Source of the DNA: the human T2T-CHM13v2.0 reference genome, Homo sapiens
Assembly (NCBI RefSeq): GCF_009914755.1
Contig: NC_060928.1
Length of the DNA: 64,000 nt
Strand: one strand, 5' to 3'
The translations under genes and the position numbers were made by a program. The notes beneath the pieces were generated by a model that worked only from the letters and a program-made list of their open reading frames with translations, was not told the DNA's origin and did not search any database. Within the stretch, counting starts at the first letter, position 1, and each line of letters starts with the position of its first letter. Positions 1 to 17,355 of the stretch are shown one piece after another.

Positions 1-427
1 AATATTTTCATTTAATCTATAGCTGTATATAATAATAATCTCCATAATGTGACCAATTATATATTCCTTATTATTTTAAATTCCAAAATATTTCATACTC
101 AAGAAGAAGCTTTTTCTTATTTAATCAAGAATTAACAGCAATATTTTGGCCATCTATGAAAATGATCGTATGATTTTTCCCTTTTTGATTCTTAATACTT
201 ATTTTAAATGTTGAATTACCCTTACATTTTTAAAATAAAAGAAATTATTTTTATTTGTTAATCTTTTTGATGTTCTGAAGGCTACTGTTTACTAATATTT
301 TACTTAGAATTCTTTCAACAATCATTATAAGTTATTCTGGACTTTTTTGTTTGGTTATTTTTCTATCAGTTTTTCATGTTTTCTTATCAACGTTATTTCA
401 TTTTGTTTTGCAAATTTATTTGCATAG

Positions 428-772
<345 letters not shown>

Positions 773-1282
773 TTACTTCATATATTTGTGTGATTATTTT
801 CTCATTATTGTCTTATTTTGTGTTCTTGCATTTTCTCTTCCTTTTTCTTGATTAGTTTGTTAATAATGGTTTATCTACTTTATGTTTTTTGCCCCCAAAG
901 AATCAGCACTTCATTTATTTATGCTTACATTTTTTTCTGCTTTCTACTCCATTAATTTCTTTCTTATTTTTATTTTTATTCCATTTGTGTCTTTATTTAT
1001 TCTTATCTTTACTTATCTTTAACATTCTTTTTATGTATTATTTAATTGCATTTTACATTTCTTTTTCTACTATATTGATTTGGGTGCTTTTTATTAGTAA
1101 TCATTTACTAATGTAAATTTTAAGTTTATAAATTTTACTTTGGACACTCTTTTACTTATATCCAATGTGATTTAATTTGCAATGCTTTCTTTTATTATCT
1201 TTATTTTCTAAGATTTTATAATCTGCAATCTTTACCCTTGGATTTCCTCTCTAACCTGACAGGTTCTTCTTAAGGGATATTT

Positions 1283-1811
1283 ATACCATAAGATCCAGCA
1301 ATCTGTCTTCTGATTATATACCCAAAGGAAATTAAACCACAACCTCATAAAGATATCTGTACTTCTATGTTCAATGCAGTACTATTCACTATAGTGAAAA
1401 TGTGAAATAACCTAGGTGTCCATCAATGGAAAAGTGGATAAAGAAATTGTAATATCACAATTTATTACAGATATATATAAAATGGAATATTATTTAGCCT
1501 TAAAAAAGGAGGAGACCCTGCCATTTGCCACAACATGAATGAATCTAGAGGACATTATGCTAAATGAAATCAACCAAACAAAGAAAGGAAAAGATCCAAT
1601 GTACAATATGGGGACTATAGTTAATAATAGTGTATTAAATTTAGGATCTTTGCTAAATGAGTAGATTATGGCTACTCTTGCAACTGGGGGAAAATGTGAG
1701 ATGATGAATGTTAATTTGTTCCACTATAGCAAACATTTCACTGTATATGTATCCTATAACATCATATTGTGTAGCTTAAATATATACAATTTATTTTTAA
1801 AAATAATAAAA
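1283..1811 (+). mobile_element. L1MA-type 3' end with internal deletion
   Basis: ORF2 C-terminal and 3'UTR motifs (accataagatccagcaatc, aatggaatattatttagcc, gactatagttaataatagtgtatt), ending in an A-rich tail. Confidence 0.8.
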
Positions 1812-4800
1812 CATAGTTAAGAATTTCCAGACCTTTGCGTTTCTTCCTTTGTCAATATTTTTAGTTTGTTCTATTGAAAGAGAATATTGTCGCTACCATA
1901 CCTACTTTTGATTTATCATGTATTCAAGTTGACTCTGTGACCTACTCTTTGGTTACTTTTAATCATTTAGTGGGCATTTGAAAAGGGTCATACTCAGTAT
2001 TGAGGCTGAAAAGACTATATCAACTAGATCTGCTTTGTTGATTTTGTTATTTAATTATCCTCTACATGTACTTTTTTTGTTATTTTGTAATGGAGTGTGA
2101 GACATCAATTTAATACTTCAAATATATGCTACTTTTGCTTATTACTTTTTATATTTTCTGTAGTTTTTGCTTTAAAAATATTGCCATGTTATTTGTTATG
2201 TATAGTCACAACCATTATATCTTCATTGTGGTTTATGTTCTTTTTCATCATAATGATTTTTCACTGAAATCAACTTTTTAAATTTTGTTATTTAAAATAT
2301 ATATAAATTTGAAATATATATATATAAATTTAATATATATATATAAATTTTTCCAAAATTTATATTTGTCTGGTTCTTTGTCATTCATTTTACTTTAAAT
2401 CTTAACAGTTTTTAGACATTAGTCTTATAAAGAGCATATCGTTGGGCTTACTTTGATATCCATTGTGAGTCTTTTTAAAAGATAGATGAGCATTATTGAT
2501 ATCACAGATGTGTTTTATCTTTAGTTCTGCCATCATAGGTTAGATAATGTTTATATCTGTGTTGCTTTTGAATATATTTTATTATATCTTCACTTCGTTC
2601 TGTAGTACATATGTGTTTCTTGACAATTCAGAAGGCTTGCATTTTCTTTCAAGTTGTTACTTTCATAACTAAAACTATAATTCTCCATTTCCATAGTACC
2701 TGTGACTTCAAATGCTTAGCAATGATAAAAGTACTATATTTCTACTTTGTTCCCTTTTCTCTTCTCTCACCTTCATCTCTTGAATATATTATGTCTGTAT
2801 ATTTGTATTTGTACTTATTTATATATTCGTTAGATTTTTCTTATTCTTTACCTATACCTTTAAAGTAATTATAGTTCTAATGCTTTAATAATCAATTTTA
2901 AACAATCTGTTTTATCCACAACTATAAAACATTGTAATTATACCATTTCACTTTCTTTCTCCCTTCCCCTCCTATTATTACTTATCCTTTTGTACATTTT
3001 CAAGATGTATAACATTTAAATCATGGCCAGAAGCATTCCACATATTTGCTTTAATTATAATAAATATATATCTCTTGAGTTAAACTTATACTCTAGTAGC
3101 TTTTCCAAGGAAGGCTCATAGGAACTATATTAACTGGCTTCTAATGCCTTCAAACTGCGTTTATGTTTTCTTTTACTTGAACAACAGTGAATGAGTAGAA
3201 ATTATTGAGTCACATTTTCCTTTCTTTGTACACATTATAGGCATTCTACACTGGGTTCTAGGAATAAAACTTGCCATGGGGAAATCTGAAACAAATTTCC
3301 CATTAAAGGTGGCTATAACTTTTTGCCTTGATATTCAGCAAATTTCTAATTTATCTTTGAAGTTCAGTGATAATTGTTACTTAAATATAGTGTGTCTTTT
3401 CAATCTGCATTTTAAGTTTTCCTATTATTTTGGAATCATTTTCTTAAGCTACCTCATTAAATAGCTTTTTCTATTAACTTTGCAATTATTTTCTTCAAGG
3501 TGACCAATTGTGTGCATGTTATATCTCCTTTGCCTTTTTTTTTACCATATCTACAAAGTTTCTTTACTAATTCTTTTAAACTATTTATTTATTTTCATTT
3601 TATTTGAATTGAACCTCTCAGTTCTATCCTCCATTCCTCATATCTGTTTAAATAATAAATATTACTCCTAATTCTGCTTCCACTTTGCCATCATTACTGG
3701 CAACATTTTTCTGGTAAGTGTTCTTATATGCCATTTGTTTTTAACCAGGTTATTTATTCTATTTTTCTTAATATATTTTTTAGAATATGTGCTGCTTCCT
3801 TTCTTTGTTACTTATCTCCATTTGAGGTAGATCTGTATTGGCAAGGAGTCAAAGATGTGTGTAGGCTGGCAAGTATTCTCCTTATGACATAGCGTCTTTG
3901 GTGTGAGAGGGCTTCTTCCCAGCCTGCTATGATACTGCTAATGGATATATGTATGCATTCATTTTTCCAGGTCCATAACTCTCTTTTTTATTATTTTATT
4001 ACTTTTTCTCTCTGTAGTGGATTCTTAGAAATTTCTTTAAACCATCTTTCATTTTATAAATTTTCTCCTTGTTATTCTTAATATACTCTTAACCCATGCA
4101 TTTTGTATTTTTGTAACAATTATTATCTTTTTCATCTCTAGACTTTTTTTAGTCTTTACTACAGGTTTCTTTTCTTTTTAAAAAATATTGCTTTGTCTTT
4201 TTTTGTTTTTGCTTCCTACTTGTATGATTTTGTTTTAAACATGCTTATTTTAGAAAACACTATCAACTTACTGTATTTTATGAAGCCTTTGAGGATCTAA
4301 TTCCACAGTTTGATGTATCCTCAAATTCCTGACTATAGTAATGAAATTTCCTTCATATATCTTATAATTTTGGACTGTGAGCTCATTGTCAGTGGAATCA
4401 GAATCTCTTTTCGCTTGTGTAAAGCGTATGTCCTTTTAGAGTTATTTTGCATTTGCTTCTTCTAGGCACTTTAGAAACATCTTCGGCCTGGGACTAGTTT
4501 TAACGTTAATTCTTTTGCTTTAGGAGCACAAATTATGCAGGTAATGTAATATGAACCTCGGAGCCCACTGTGATGTAAGCCACGGGAATGAATTTTCAGG
4601 AGACGTTTTTCTAGCAACAATACAGTCAGAAACAAACAAGTTTCTCATCTTCTTCTGCCAATGGAAAGGAGTTTATAGCTAAGTTTTTCACTTTGAGTAT
4701 CCGGATTTTACACAGGAAAGCCTGAGTTTCAAGTTTTTGCATTCCCAGGCCCTGGTGTGTCATGTTCTTTTATGTTTGATTTTTATCAAACATGTTTGAT

Positions 4801-5059
4801 ATGTTCTTTTATGTTCTTTCATTTTGGTATGAAAAATGATCCTATGTTATTACTCCTTAACCCCTAAAAGAGTTATCTTGCTTATCATTTTGGTTTTCAA
4901 TTCTCTCTTTGTTTTTGAGAAATAAATTACTTTGATACATATTGACCTAGAAAATATAGCTCAATATAAGTATGTTTTTATGACTGTCTACTGATTGACT
5001 AGACATATGCACACACAGAGCCTATATGCACAACGACCCTTTATATGCAAACAATTATA

Positions 5060-5268
5060 GTAATAGTCACTATTTATCAAGCTGTGTCATTTCATGTATA
5101 TTATCTCAATTACATTCCAAGTAGGCACTTACCATTCCCATTTTACAGATAAGAAAACAGGGATTCGATGGCTTGAGAAACTGCTTTAAAGTAACACAAT
5201 TAGCATGGAAACAAAACTTTATCTGAATCAGTGGCAGGTGTTCTTCATCATCACACCATGTAGCCTCG
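5060..5268 (-). mobile_element. MIR SINE
   Basis: MIR core in antisense: gtaggcacttaccattcccattttacagataagaaaacag. Confidence 0.7.
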
Positions 5269-5725
5269 ATATATGCACAGTCTTAATATATGGATCTCTT
5301 CTCTCTGTTTCAAAAACTTTTAGTTTAATAAGATCTTCATAGTTTTTATAAATTATTAAACATTGTATAAGTGTATTTATATTTTGTCAATCAAATGCCA
5401 CTTCTGTATTTAGAGTCAGGTAGAAAATTCTGATGGAAAATAAGTAAGTTAACTTACTTTTGCAAACTGGATTTTGAAAGAAATAGAAATATAAGCTTCC
5501 ATTTCTTCTCAGTGCTGGGGAATTATCTGTTCACTAAATAAATTTTGCAAATTATAGATAAATTTTCATATACTGAATTTTAATGATTTTAGTAAAAATG
5601 CTGCTTCTTTGATTTTTGTTACTATCATAGATTTTAGGATTTATAGTCACCAATCCAGACTCTTTTATAACTCCTAATGCTCCCAACATTGGTAGCTTTT
5701 TGACATTTTAAAAATAAGGCAGCTA

Positions 5726-5996
5726 AATGCAAATCAAAACCACAATGAGATATCATCTCACCCCAGTTACAATGAGTATTATTAAAAGACAAAAAATAAA
5801 AGATGCTGGTGAGGATGCAGAGAAAAGCGCACTCTCATACGCTATTGGTAAGAATATAAATTAGTACAACCACTATGAAAAACAGTATGGAGATTTCTCA
5901 AAAAAACTAAAAATAGAGCTACCATATGATCCAACAATCCCACTACTGGGTATCTATCCAAAGGAAAAGAAATCAGCATATCAAAGGAATATGTGC
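5726..5996 (+). mobile_element. L1MA4-like, 5' part (host of the MSTA provirus)
   Basis: aaatgcaaatcaaaaccacaatgagatatcatctcaccccagtt...aatcagcatatcaaaggaatatgtgc; the L1 sequence resumes in register at 15360. Confidence 0.85.
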
Positions 5997-6039
5997 TGTA
6001 TTAGTCTGACCTCACACTGCTATAAAGAACTACCTGAGA
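5997..6039 (-). mobile_element. MSTA LTR (proviral 3' LTR), first 43 bp before the L1 insertion
   Basis: tgtattagtctgacctcacactgctataaagaactacctgaga is the antisense end of an MSTA LTR. 5-bp TSD tgtgc (5992-5996) / tctgc (15360-15364). Confidence 0.88.
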
Positions 6040-7375
6040 GGTGGCTGGCAAGATGACCAAATAGGAAAAGCTCCAGTCTGCAGCTCCCAACTAGATCAAA
6101 GCAGAAGTCAGGTAATTTCTGTATTTCCAACTGAGGTACCTAGCTCATCATATTGGGACTGGTTAGACAGTGGGTGCAGCCCATGGAGGGCAAGCCAAAG
6201 CAGGGTGGGGCGTTGCCTCACGTGGGAAGTGCAAGGGGTCAGGGAACTCCTTCCCCTAGCCAAGGGAAGCTCTGAGGGACTGTGCCATGAGGAATGGTAC
6301 ATTCTGGCCCAGATACTAGGCTTTTCCCATGGTCTTTGCAACCTGCAGAACAGGAGATTCCCTCGAGTGGCTACACCACCAGGGCCCTGGGTTTCAAGCA
6401 CGAAACTGGGAGACTGGGCAGACACTGAGCTAGCTACAGGAGTTTTTTTTTAATACCCCAGTGGCGCCTGGAATGCCAGTTAGACAGAACCATTCACTCC
6501 CCTAGAAAGAGGGCTGAAGCCAGGGAGCCAAGTGGTCTAGCTCAGCAGATCCCACACTCACAGATTCCAGCAAGCTAAAATCTACTGGCTTGAAATTCTT
6601 GCTGCCAGCAGAGCAGTCTGAAGTTGACCTGGGATGCTTGAGCTTGGTAGGGGGAGGGGTGTCTGCCTTTACTGGGGCTGGTATAGATGGTTTTCCCCTC
6701 ACAGTGTAAACAAAGCCACCTGGAAGTTTGAACTGGGCAGAGCCCACCGCAGCTTGGCAAAGCTGCTGCAGCCAGACTGCCTCTCTAGATTCCTTCTTTC
6801 TGGGCAGGGCATCTCTGAAAGAAAGACAGCGGCCCCAGTCAGGGGCTTATAGATAAAACTCCCATCTCCCTGAGACAGAGCACCTGGGGGAAGGGGCAGC
6901 AGTGAGTGCCGCTTCAGCAGACTTAAACACTCCTGCTTCTCAGCTCTGAAGAGAGCAGTGGATCTCCCAGCACAGAGTTTGAGCTCTGCTAAGGGACAGA
7001 CTGCCTCCTCAAGTGGGTCCCTGATCCCCATGCCTCCTGACTGGGAGACACCTCCCAGTAGGGGTCAACAGACACCTCATACAGGAGAGCTCCGACTGGC
7101 ATCTGGTGGGTGCCCCTCTGGGACAAAGCTTCCAGAGGAAGGTACAAGCAGGAATCTGCTGTTCTGCAGTCTCCGCTGGTGATACCCAGGCAAACAGGGT
7201 GTGGAGTGGACCTCGAGCAAACTCCAGCTGACCTGCAGCTGAGGGGCCTGACTGTTAGAAGAAAAACTAACAAACAGAAAGGAATAACATCAACATCAAC
7301 AAAAAGGATGTCCACAGCCAAACCCCATCTGAAGGTCACCAACATCAAAGACCAAAGGTAGGTAAATCCACGAAG

Positions 7376-8397
7376 ATGAGGGAAAATCCAGCACAAAAGG
7401 ATGAAAATTGCAAAAACCAGAATGCCTCTTCTCCTCCAAAGGATCACAACTCCTCACCAACAAGGGAACAAAACTGGAGAACAAGTTTGACGAATTGACA
7501 TAGTAGGCTTCAGAAGGTGGGTAATAACAAACTTCTCTGAGCTAAAGGAGCATATTCTAACCCAATGCAAGGAAGCTAAGAACCTTGCAAAAAGGTTAGA
7601 GGAATTGCTAACTAGAATAACCAATTTAGAGAAGAACATAAATGACCTGATGGAGCTGAAAAACACAGCACAAGCACTTCATGAAGCATACACAAGAAAC
7701 AATAGCTGAATCAGTCAAGCAAAAGAAAGGATATCAGAGATTGAAGATCAACTTAATGAAAGAAAGCGTGAAAACAAGATCAGAGGAAAAAGAATAAAAA
7801 GGCACAAACAAAGCCTCCAAGAAATATGAGACTATGTGAAAAGACCAAACCTACGTTTGATTGGTGTACCTGAAAGTGACGGGGAAGATGGAACCAAGTT
7901 GGAAAACACTCTTCAGGATATTATCCAGAAGAACTTCCCCTACCTAGCAAGACAGGCCAACATTCAAATTCAGGAAATACAGAGAACACCACAAAGATAC
8001 TCCTCAAGAAAAACAACCCAAAGACACATAATCATCAAATTCACCAAGGTTGAAATGAAGGAAAAAATGTTAAGGGCAGCCAGAGAGAAAGGTCAGGTTA
8101 CACACAAAGGGAAGCCCAATAGACTAACAGCAGATCTCTCTGCAGAAACCCTACAAGCCAGAAGAGAGTGGGGGCCAATATTCAACATTCTTAAAGAAAA
8201 TAATTTTCAACCCAGAATTTCATATCCAGCCAAACTAAGCGTCATAAGCAAAGGAGAAATACAATCCTTTACAGACAAGCAAATGCTGAGAGATTTTTTT
8301 CACCACCTGGCCTGCCTTACAAGAGCTCCTGAAAGAAGCACTAAATATGGAAAGGAAAAACCGGTACCAGCCACTGCAAAAACATATCAAATTGTAA
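7376..8397 (+). pseudogene. L1 ORF1p remnant (frameshifts and stops)
   Basis: ORF 7836-8453 encodes KRPNLRLIGVPESDGE...ARREWGPIFNILKENNFQPRISYPAKLS; the N-terminal part is disrupted. Confidence 0.92.
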
Positions 8398-8460
8398 AAA
8401 ACATTGAAAGGATGAAGAAACTGCATCAACTAATGAGCAAAATAACCAGCTAGCATCATA

Positions 8461-12315
<3,855 letters not shown>

Positions 12316-12521
12316 ACAATGAGAACACATGGACACAGGGAGGGGAATATCACACACTGGGGACTATCAGGGGGTGGGGGGCTACGGGAGGGATAGCATT
12401 AGGAGAAATACCTAATGTCGTTACAGGTTGATGGGTGCAGCAAACCATCATGGCACGTGTATACTTGCATAACAAACCTGCATGTTCTGCACATCTATCC
12501 CAGAACTTAAAGTATATATAT

Positions 12522-13166
12522 ATCCACCATGGCAAGGTATGCTTGCTTCCCCTTCACTTTCCTCCAGATTATAAGTTTCCTGAGGCCTCTCAGCCATGCT
12601 TCCAGTATATCTTGCAGAACTGTGTGTCAATTAAGCCTCTTTTCTTTATGAATTATCCAATCTCAGGTAGTTCTTTCTTTAAATATATATATATAAAGAT
12701 ATATATAAATATAAATATATATTATATATTATATATAAAGATATATATAAATATAAATATATATTATATATTATATATAAAGATATATATAAATATAAAT
12801 ATATAATACACATATAAATATATATAATATATATAAATATACATAATTTATGCATATATTTAAAGAAATATATAAATATATATATTTAAAGTATATATAA
12901 TATATATGTATATGTATATGTATATAATATATATTTATATTTTTATATATATAATATATATTTATATTTTTTATATATAATATATATATATTTATATATA
13001 TATATTTAAAGAAAGAACTACCTGAGATTAGATAATTCATAAAGAAAAGAGGCTTAATTGACACACAGTTCTGCAAGACATACTGGAAGCATGGCTGAGA
13101 GGCCTCAGGAAACTTATAATCTGGAGGAAAGTGAAGGGGAAGCAGGCATACCTTACCATGGTGGAT
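12522..13166. repeat. Inverted repeat with 176-bp arms (12522-12697 / 12991-13166) and an AT-rich spacer
   Basis: Left arm is the reverse complement of the right arm with 4 mismatches by manual comparison. ORFs 12435+ and 12771- share the peptide HHGKVCLLPLHFPPDYKFPEASQPCFQY. Confidence 0.97.
12681..13010. repeat. (TA)n-rich low-complexity tract (degenerated L1 tail) containing a ~42-bp tandem unit
   Basis: Almost entirely A/T; unit ataaagatatatataaatataaatatatattatatattatat occurs about 2.5 times from ~12693. Confidence 0.92.
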
Positions 13167-13376
13167 CAAGAGAGAGAAAGAGAAGGGGGACGTACTCTAC
13201 ACTGTTAAACAACCAGATCTCATGAGAACTCTATCATGAGACAGTACTGGGGGATAGTGCTAAACCATTAGAAACCACTCCCATAATTCATTCAGCTCCC
13301 ACCAGGTTCCTACCCCAACACTGGGGATTATAATTCAACATGAGATTTAGATGGAGACACAGAACCAACCATATCA
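13012..13376 (-). mobile_element. MSTA LTR (rest of the proviral 3' LTR)
   Basis: gaggcctcaggaaacttataat...aaacaaccagatctcatgagaact...gctaaaccattagaaacc...aaccatatca. Confidence 0.92.
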
Positions 13377-14977
13377 TTCTGCCCCTGGCCCCTCCCAAAT
13401 CTCATGTTTTTCTCACATTTCAAAACACTAATGCCTTTCTAATTGTCACCCAAAGTCTTAACTCATTCCAGCATTAACTCCAAAGTCCAAGTTAAAAGTC
13501 TCTGAGACAAGGCAAGCTGCTTCCACCTGTGAGTCTGTGAAATCCAAAACAAGTTTGTTACTTCCCAGATACAACAGGGGTACAGGCATTGGGTAAATGC
13601 TCCCATTCCAAAAAAGAGATATTGGCCAAAATAAAGGGTCTACAGGCCCCATGCAGTTCCAAAACCCAACAAGGCAGTCATTATATCTTAAAGCTCTAAA
13701 ATAATCTCCTTTGAATCCATGTCTCACATCCAGGCCACACTGGTGCAAGGGGTAGCCTCCCACTGCCATGGGCAGCTTTTGGGCAGCCATGGGCTCTGGA
13801 AGGTATGCCCCTGAAGCTGCTTTCACAGGCTGGTATTGAGTGACTGTGACTTTTCCAGGTACACGGAGCAAGCAGTCTGTGGATCTACCATTCTGAGGTC
13901 TGGAGGATGGTGGCTGTCTTTTCACAGCTCCACTAGGCAGTGCACCAGTGGGGACTGTGCAGGCTTCAACTTCACATTTCCCCTCTGCACTGCCCTAGTA
14001 GAGGTTCTCCACGAGGGCTCTGCCCCAGCAGCAGCCTTCCACATAGACATCCAGGCATTTCCTTACATCCTCTGAAGTCTAGGTGGAGGCTCCCAAACCT
14101 CAACTCTTGTCTTCTCTGCACCTGCAGGCCCAATACCATGTGGAAGCCACCAAGGCTTGGGGCTTGCACCGCCTGAAGCAATGGCTCAAGATGTACCTTT
14201 GCCCCTTTTAGCTGTGATTGGAGCTAGAGTGGCTGGGATGCAGGATATGCCGAGGCTGCACAGAGCAGGGGGCCTAGGCCTGGTCCATGAAGCCATTTTT
14301 CCCTCATAGGCCTCCGGGCCTTGAAGGGAGGGACTGCCACAGTGGTCTCTGAAATGCCTTTGAGGCATTTTCCCCATTGACTTGGCTATTAACATTCAGC
14401 TCTTGTTTACTTATGCAAATTTATGCAGTCTTTAATTTTTCACTAGAAAATTGTTTTTTTCTTTTCTACCACATATTCAGGCTGCATATTTTCTAAACTT
14501 TTATGCTCTGCTTCCCTTTTAAATATGTTATCTTTGCTATGCAAATGAGACAGGGATTTAGAAGCAGCCAGGCTACATCTTGAACACTTTGCTGCTTAGA
14601 AATTTCTTCTACCAGACACCCTAAGTCATGTCTCTCAAGTTCAAAGCTCCACAGATCCCTACAGCAGGGGAACAATGCTGTCAGTCTGTTTGCTAAAGCA
14701 TAGCAAGAATGACCTTTGCTCCAGCTTCCAGTAAATTCCTCATCTCCATCTGAGAGCACCTCAGCGTAGACTTCCCTGCCCGTATTACTAACAGCATTTT
14801 GGTCACAACCATTAAATAAGCCTCTATGAAGTTCTAAGCTTCCCCACATCTTCCTGTCTTCTTCTGAGCCCTCCAAACTGTTCCAATCTCCTAACAGGCA
14901 CTGTTACCCAGTTCCAAAGCTGCTTCCACATTTTCAGGTATTTTTATAGCAATGCCCCACTCCTGGTATCAATTTTC
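13377..14977 (-). mobile_element. MSTA-int (MaLR internal region)
   Basis: Begins ttctgcccctggcccctcccaaatctcatg. Minus-strand ORF remnants resemble MaLR internal peptides (MEGSEEDRKMWGSLEL, DLWSFELERHDLGCLVEEISKQQSVQ). Confidence 0.9.
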
Positions 14978-15359
14978 TTTATTAGTCCATTTTCACAGTG
15001 CTATAAAGAACTATCCAAGACTGGGTAATTTATGAAGAAAAGAAATTTAATTGACTCACAGCTCCACAGGCTGTATAGCAAGCATGACTGGGAGGCCTCA
15101 GGAAACTTACAATTATGGCAGAAGGCAAAGGTGAAGCAAGCATGTCTTACCATGGTGGAGCAGGAGAGAAAGAGAGAAGGGGGAAGTGCTACACACTTTT
15201 AAACAACCAGATCTCATGAGAACTCTATCACCAGACAACACTAGGGGGATGGTGCTAAGCCATTAGAAACTATTTTCATGGTCCAATCACTTTCCCCAAA
15301 CATTGCGGATTATAATTCAACATGAGATTTGGGTGGGGACACAGAGACAAACTGTATCA
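14978..15359 (-). mobile_element. MSTA LTR (proviral 5' LTR)
   Basis: tttattagtccattttcacagtgctataaagaac...gggtggggacacagagacaaactgtatca; paralogous to the LTR at 5997/13012. Confidence 0.92.
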
Positions 15360-15981
15360 TCTGCACCTGAATGTTTATCAACAGCACTATTTATAATAAC
15401 AAAAGATATGGGATCAACTTAAGTGTTCATCAGTGCATACATGAATACATAAAATGTGGTATATATACACAGTGGAACACTATTCAGCCATAAAAAAGAA
15501 TGAAATCATGTCATTTTCAGGTACACAGATGTAACTGAAGGTCACTATGTTAATTGAAATAAGCCAGACACTGAAAGACAAATACTGCATGATTTTATTC
15601 ATATGTGGGAGCAAAAACACTTAATCTTACCAACATAGAAAATAGAAAGATAGATATCGGAGATAAAGAAGTGGGGGTAGGGAGGATGAAGAGATTGGCT
15701 ATGGGTAAAAATACACAGTTACGTGAAAATAAGTAAGTTCTAATGTCTGACAGCAGAGTAGGATGACTGTACTTAGCAAAAATACTGTGTATATTTCAAA
15801 GTAACTAGTATAGAGGTCTTGAAATTATACTAACATATAAAATGATAAACAATCAAGGTGATAGATACTCCAAATATTCTCATTTGATCATTACACATTC
15901 TATGCAGGTAACAAATACTCAAATGTATCCAATAAATATGTAAAATATTACATATGAATGAAAGAGTAAATAAATAAATAA
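15360..15981 (+). mobile_element. L1MA4-like 3' end (continuation of 5726-5996)
   Basis: ggatgaagagattggctatgggtaaaaatacacagtt...cagcagagtaggatgactgt...ttgatcattacacattctatgcaggtaac, then an A-rich tail. Confidence 0.85.
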
Positions 15982-16389
15982 GCCTCAGTGAAAATACTAT
16001 GAGTCTATAAACACTGTAAGATCATCTTTGAACCAAAAAGGGAGTCAATATCAGTATCTCATTTTCCTTTCTTCCAGAAGATTCCTCTCCTTGGCTAAAT
16101 TTATGGTTAAAAATAGATTAATAAAGGAAGTAACTGTCCCATAGGATAAAGACTCAAAGAAAATAGATATATTGGCTTCCAAATAATGTCAAGCTCCTCA
16201 GTTTTAACATATTTTTGCAATTTAAATAGTAAAGCAATGAATACTAAACCATAAGATATGACCATTCCGAAGATTCTGGATTCATATGATACAATTACTT
16301 TTCCAGGTATTTGAATATTTTACTATCATGCACATTGTGTGTGCTTTTTTGTTAACTTGATTAGAAAATATAATTTTAAATCTTTAAGA

Positions 16390-17200
16390 TTATATCTAAT
16401 GAGGTTAAACATATTTTTAAATATTCGATAGTATTAGTATTTCTTCTATTGTGAAATAATTGTTTATATTTATTCTTCATATAACTATTTGAGTTCGAGT
16501 TGCTTCTCTTTACATATTTTGGATAGTGGTACTTTTAATAATTGGTTTCTAAAGCTTTCCAGTTTGAACATCAATTTATAAGCTTTTAAACACACGAAGA
16601 CTTCTAGTTTTTAGATATTTAAACATATTAATTTTAAATTTTATAATTTTAAAACATTATTTTAATTCCTTCCCTATCTATTCAGAGAATAAGCAAATAT
16701 TTGTTTCTAATTTCTTCTACCTTTTATGGCTTAATTTGTTTACATTACTACTGTTATTGATCTGGAGTTGATTTTAATATCCACAGGCAGTAAGATTCTA
16801 AATTGATTTCTTTTTTTAAAAATAGATATCAATTTCTCTTAGCATTAATATCTTTGCATAATCTATTCATTCTTAAAGAGTTTGACATGCCTCTTTTAAA
16901 AAATAAGTATTAACCACTTATATATATCTTATGGTCTATTCCTGGTTTTTCTCTGTTATTTATTTTATACAACTCTTGAGCCAGTTCTACACAAATTTAA
17001 TTATTAGTACTTTGTGGTATGTTTACATATCCAATAGACATATTTGCCAACCATTTACCCAAATGCCATGTGTTATCACTCTTCAAAAATATTTCCTTTG
17101 AGTTATTTTTAATGGTGTAGTTTATCATCATAATACATATTTTATAGACAAAACAGAATCTTTTCTATATATTGAGTTCTCATTGTGAACGTCGGAAGTT
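16390..17200 (-). mobile_element. Old L1M fragment
   Basis: Degenerate antisense L1 ORF2 3' motifs (taatgaggttaaacatattt, gatctggagttgatttt, ttgagccagttctacac). Confidence 0.5.
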
Positions 17201-17355
17201 TTATTACATTGTGATACTGTGGTAATCTCTGCACATTTGTACTTAAATAGTATTGTGGTATGTTTCACCTAAAAAATACTTCATGTTTAGTAATGTTTGG
17301 AAAGTATTGCCTATTTCACCCCTCTTTAGGAGATTCAAAATGAAAATGAGCATAT

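Noticed and set aside
2295-2350. Three copies of aatatatatataaattt
   Set aside because: Simple AT-rich low-complexity repeat within old L1 sequence.
6108-7666. Many overlapping ORFs on both strands (also 53931-55195)
   Set aside because: GC-rich L1 5'UTR and antisense ORF1 artefacts.
13458-14876. 155-aa and 127-aa minus-strand ORFs as genes
   Set aside because: Fragments of the decayed MaLR internal ORF.
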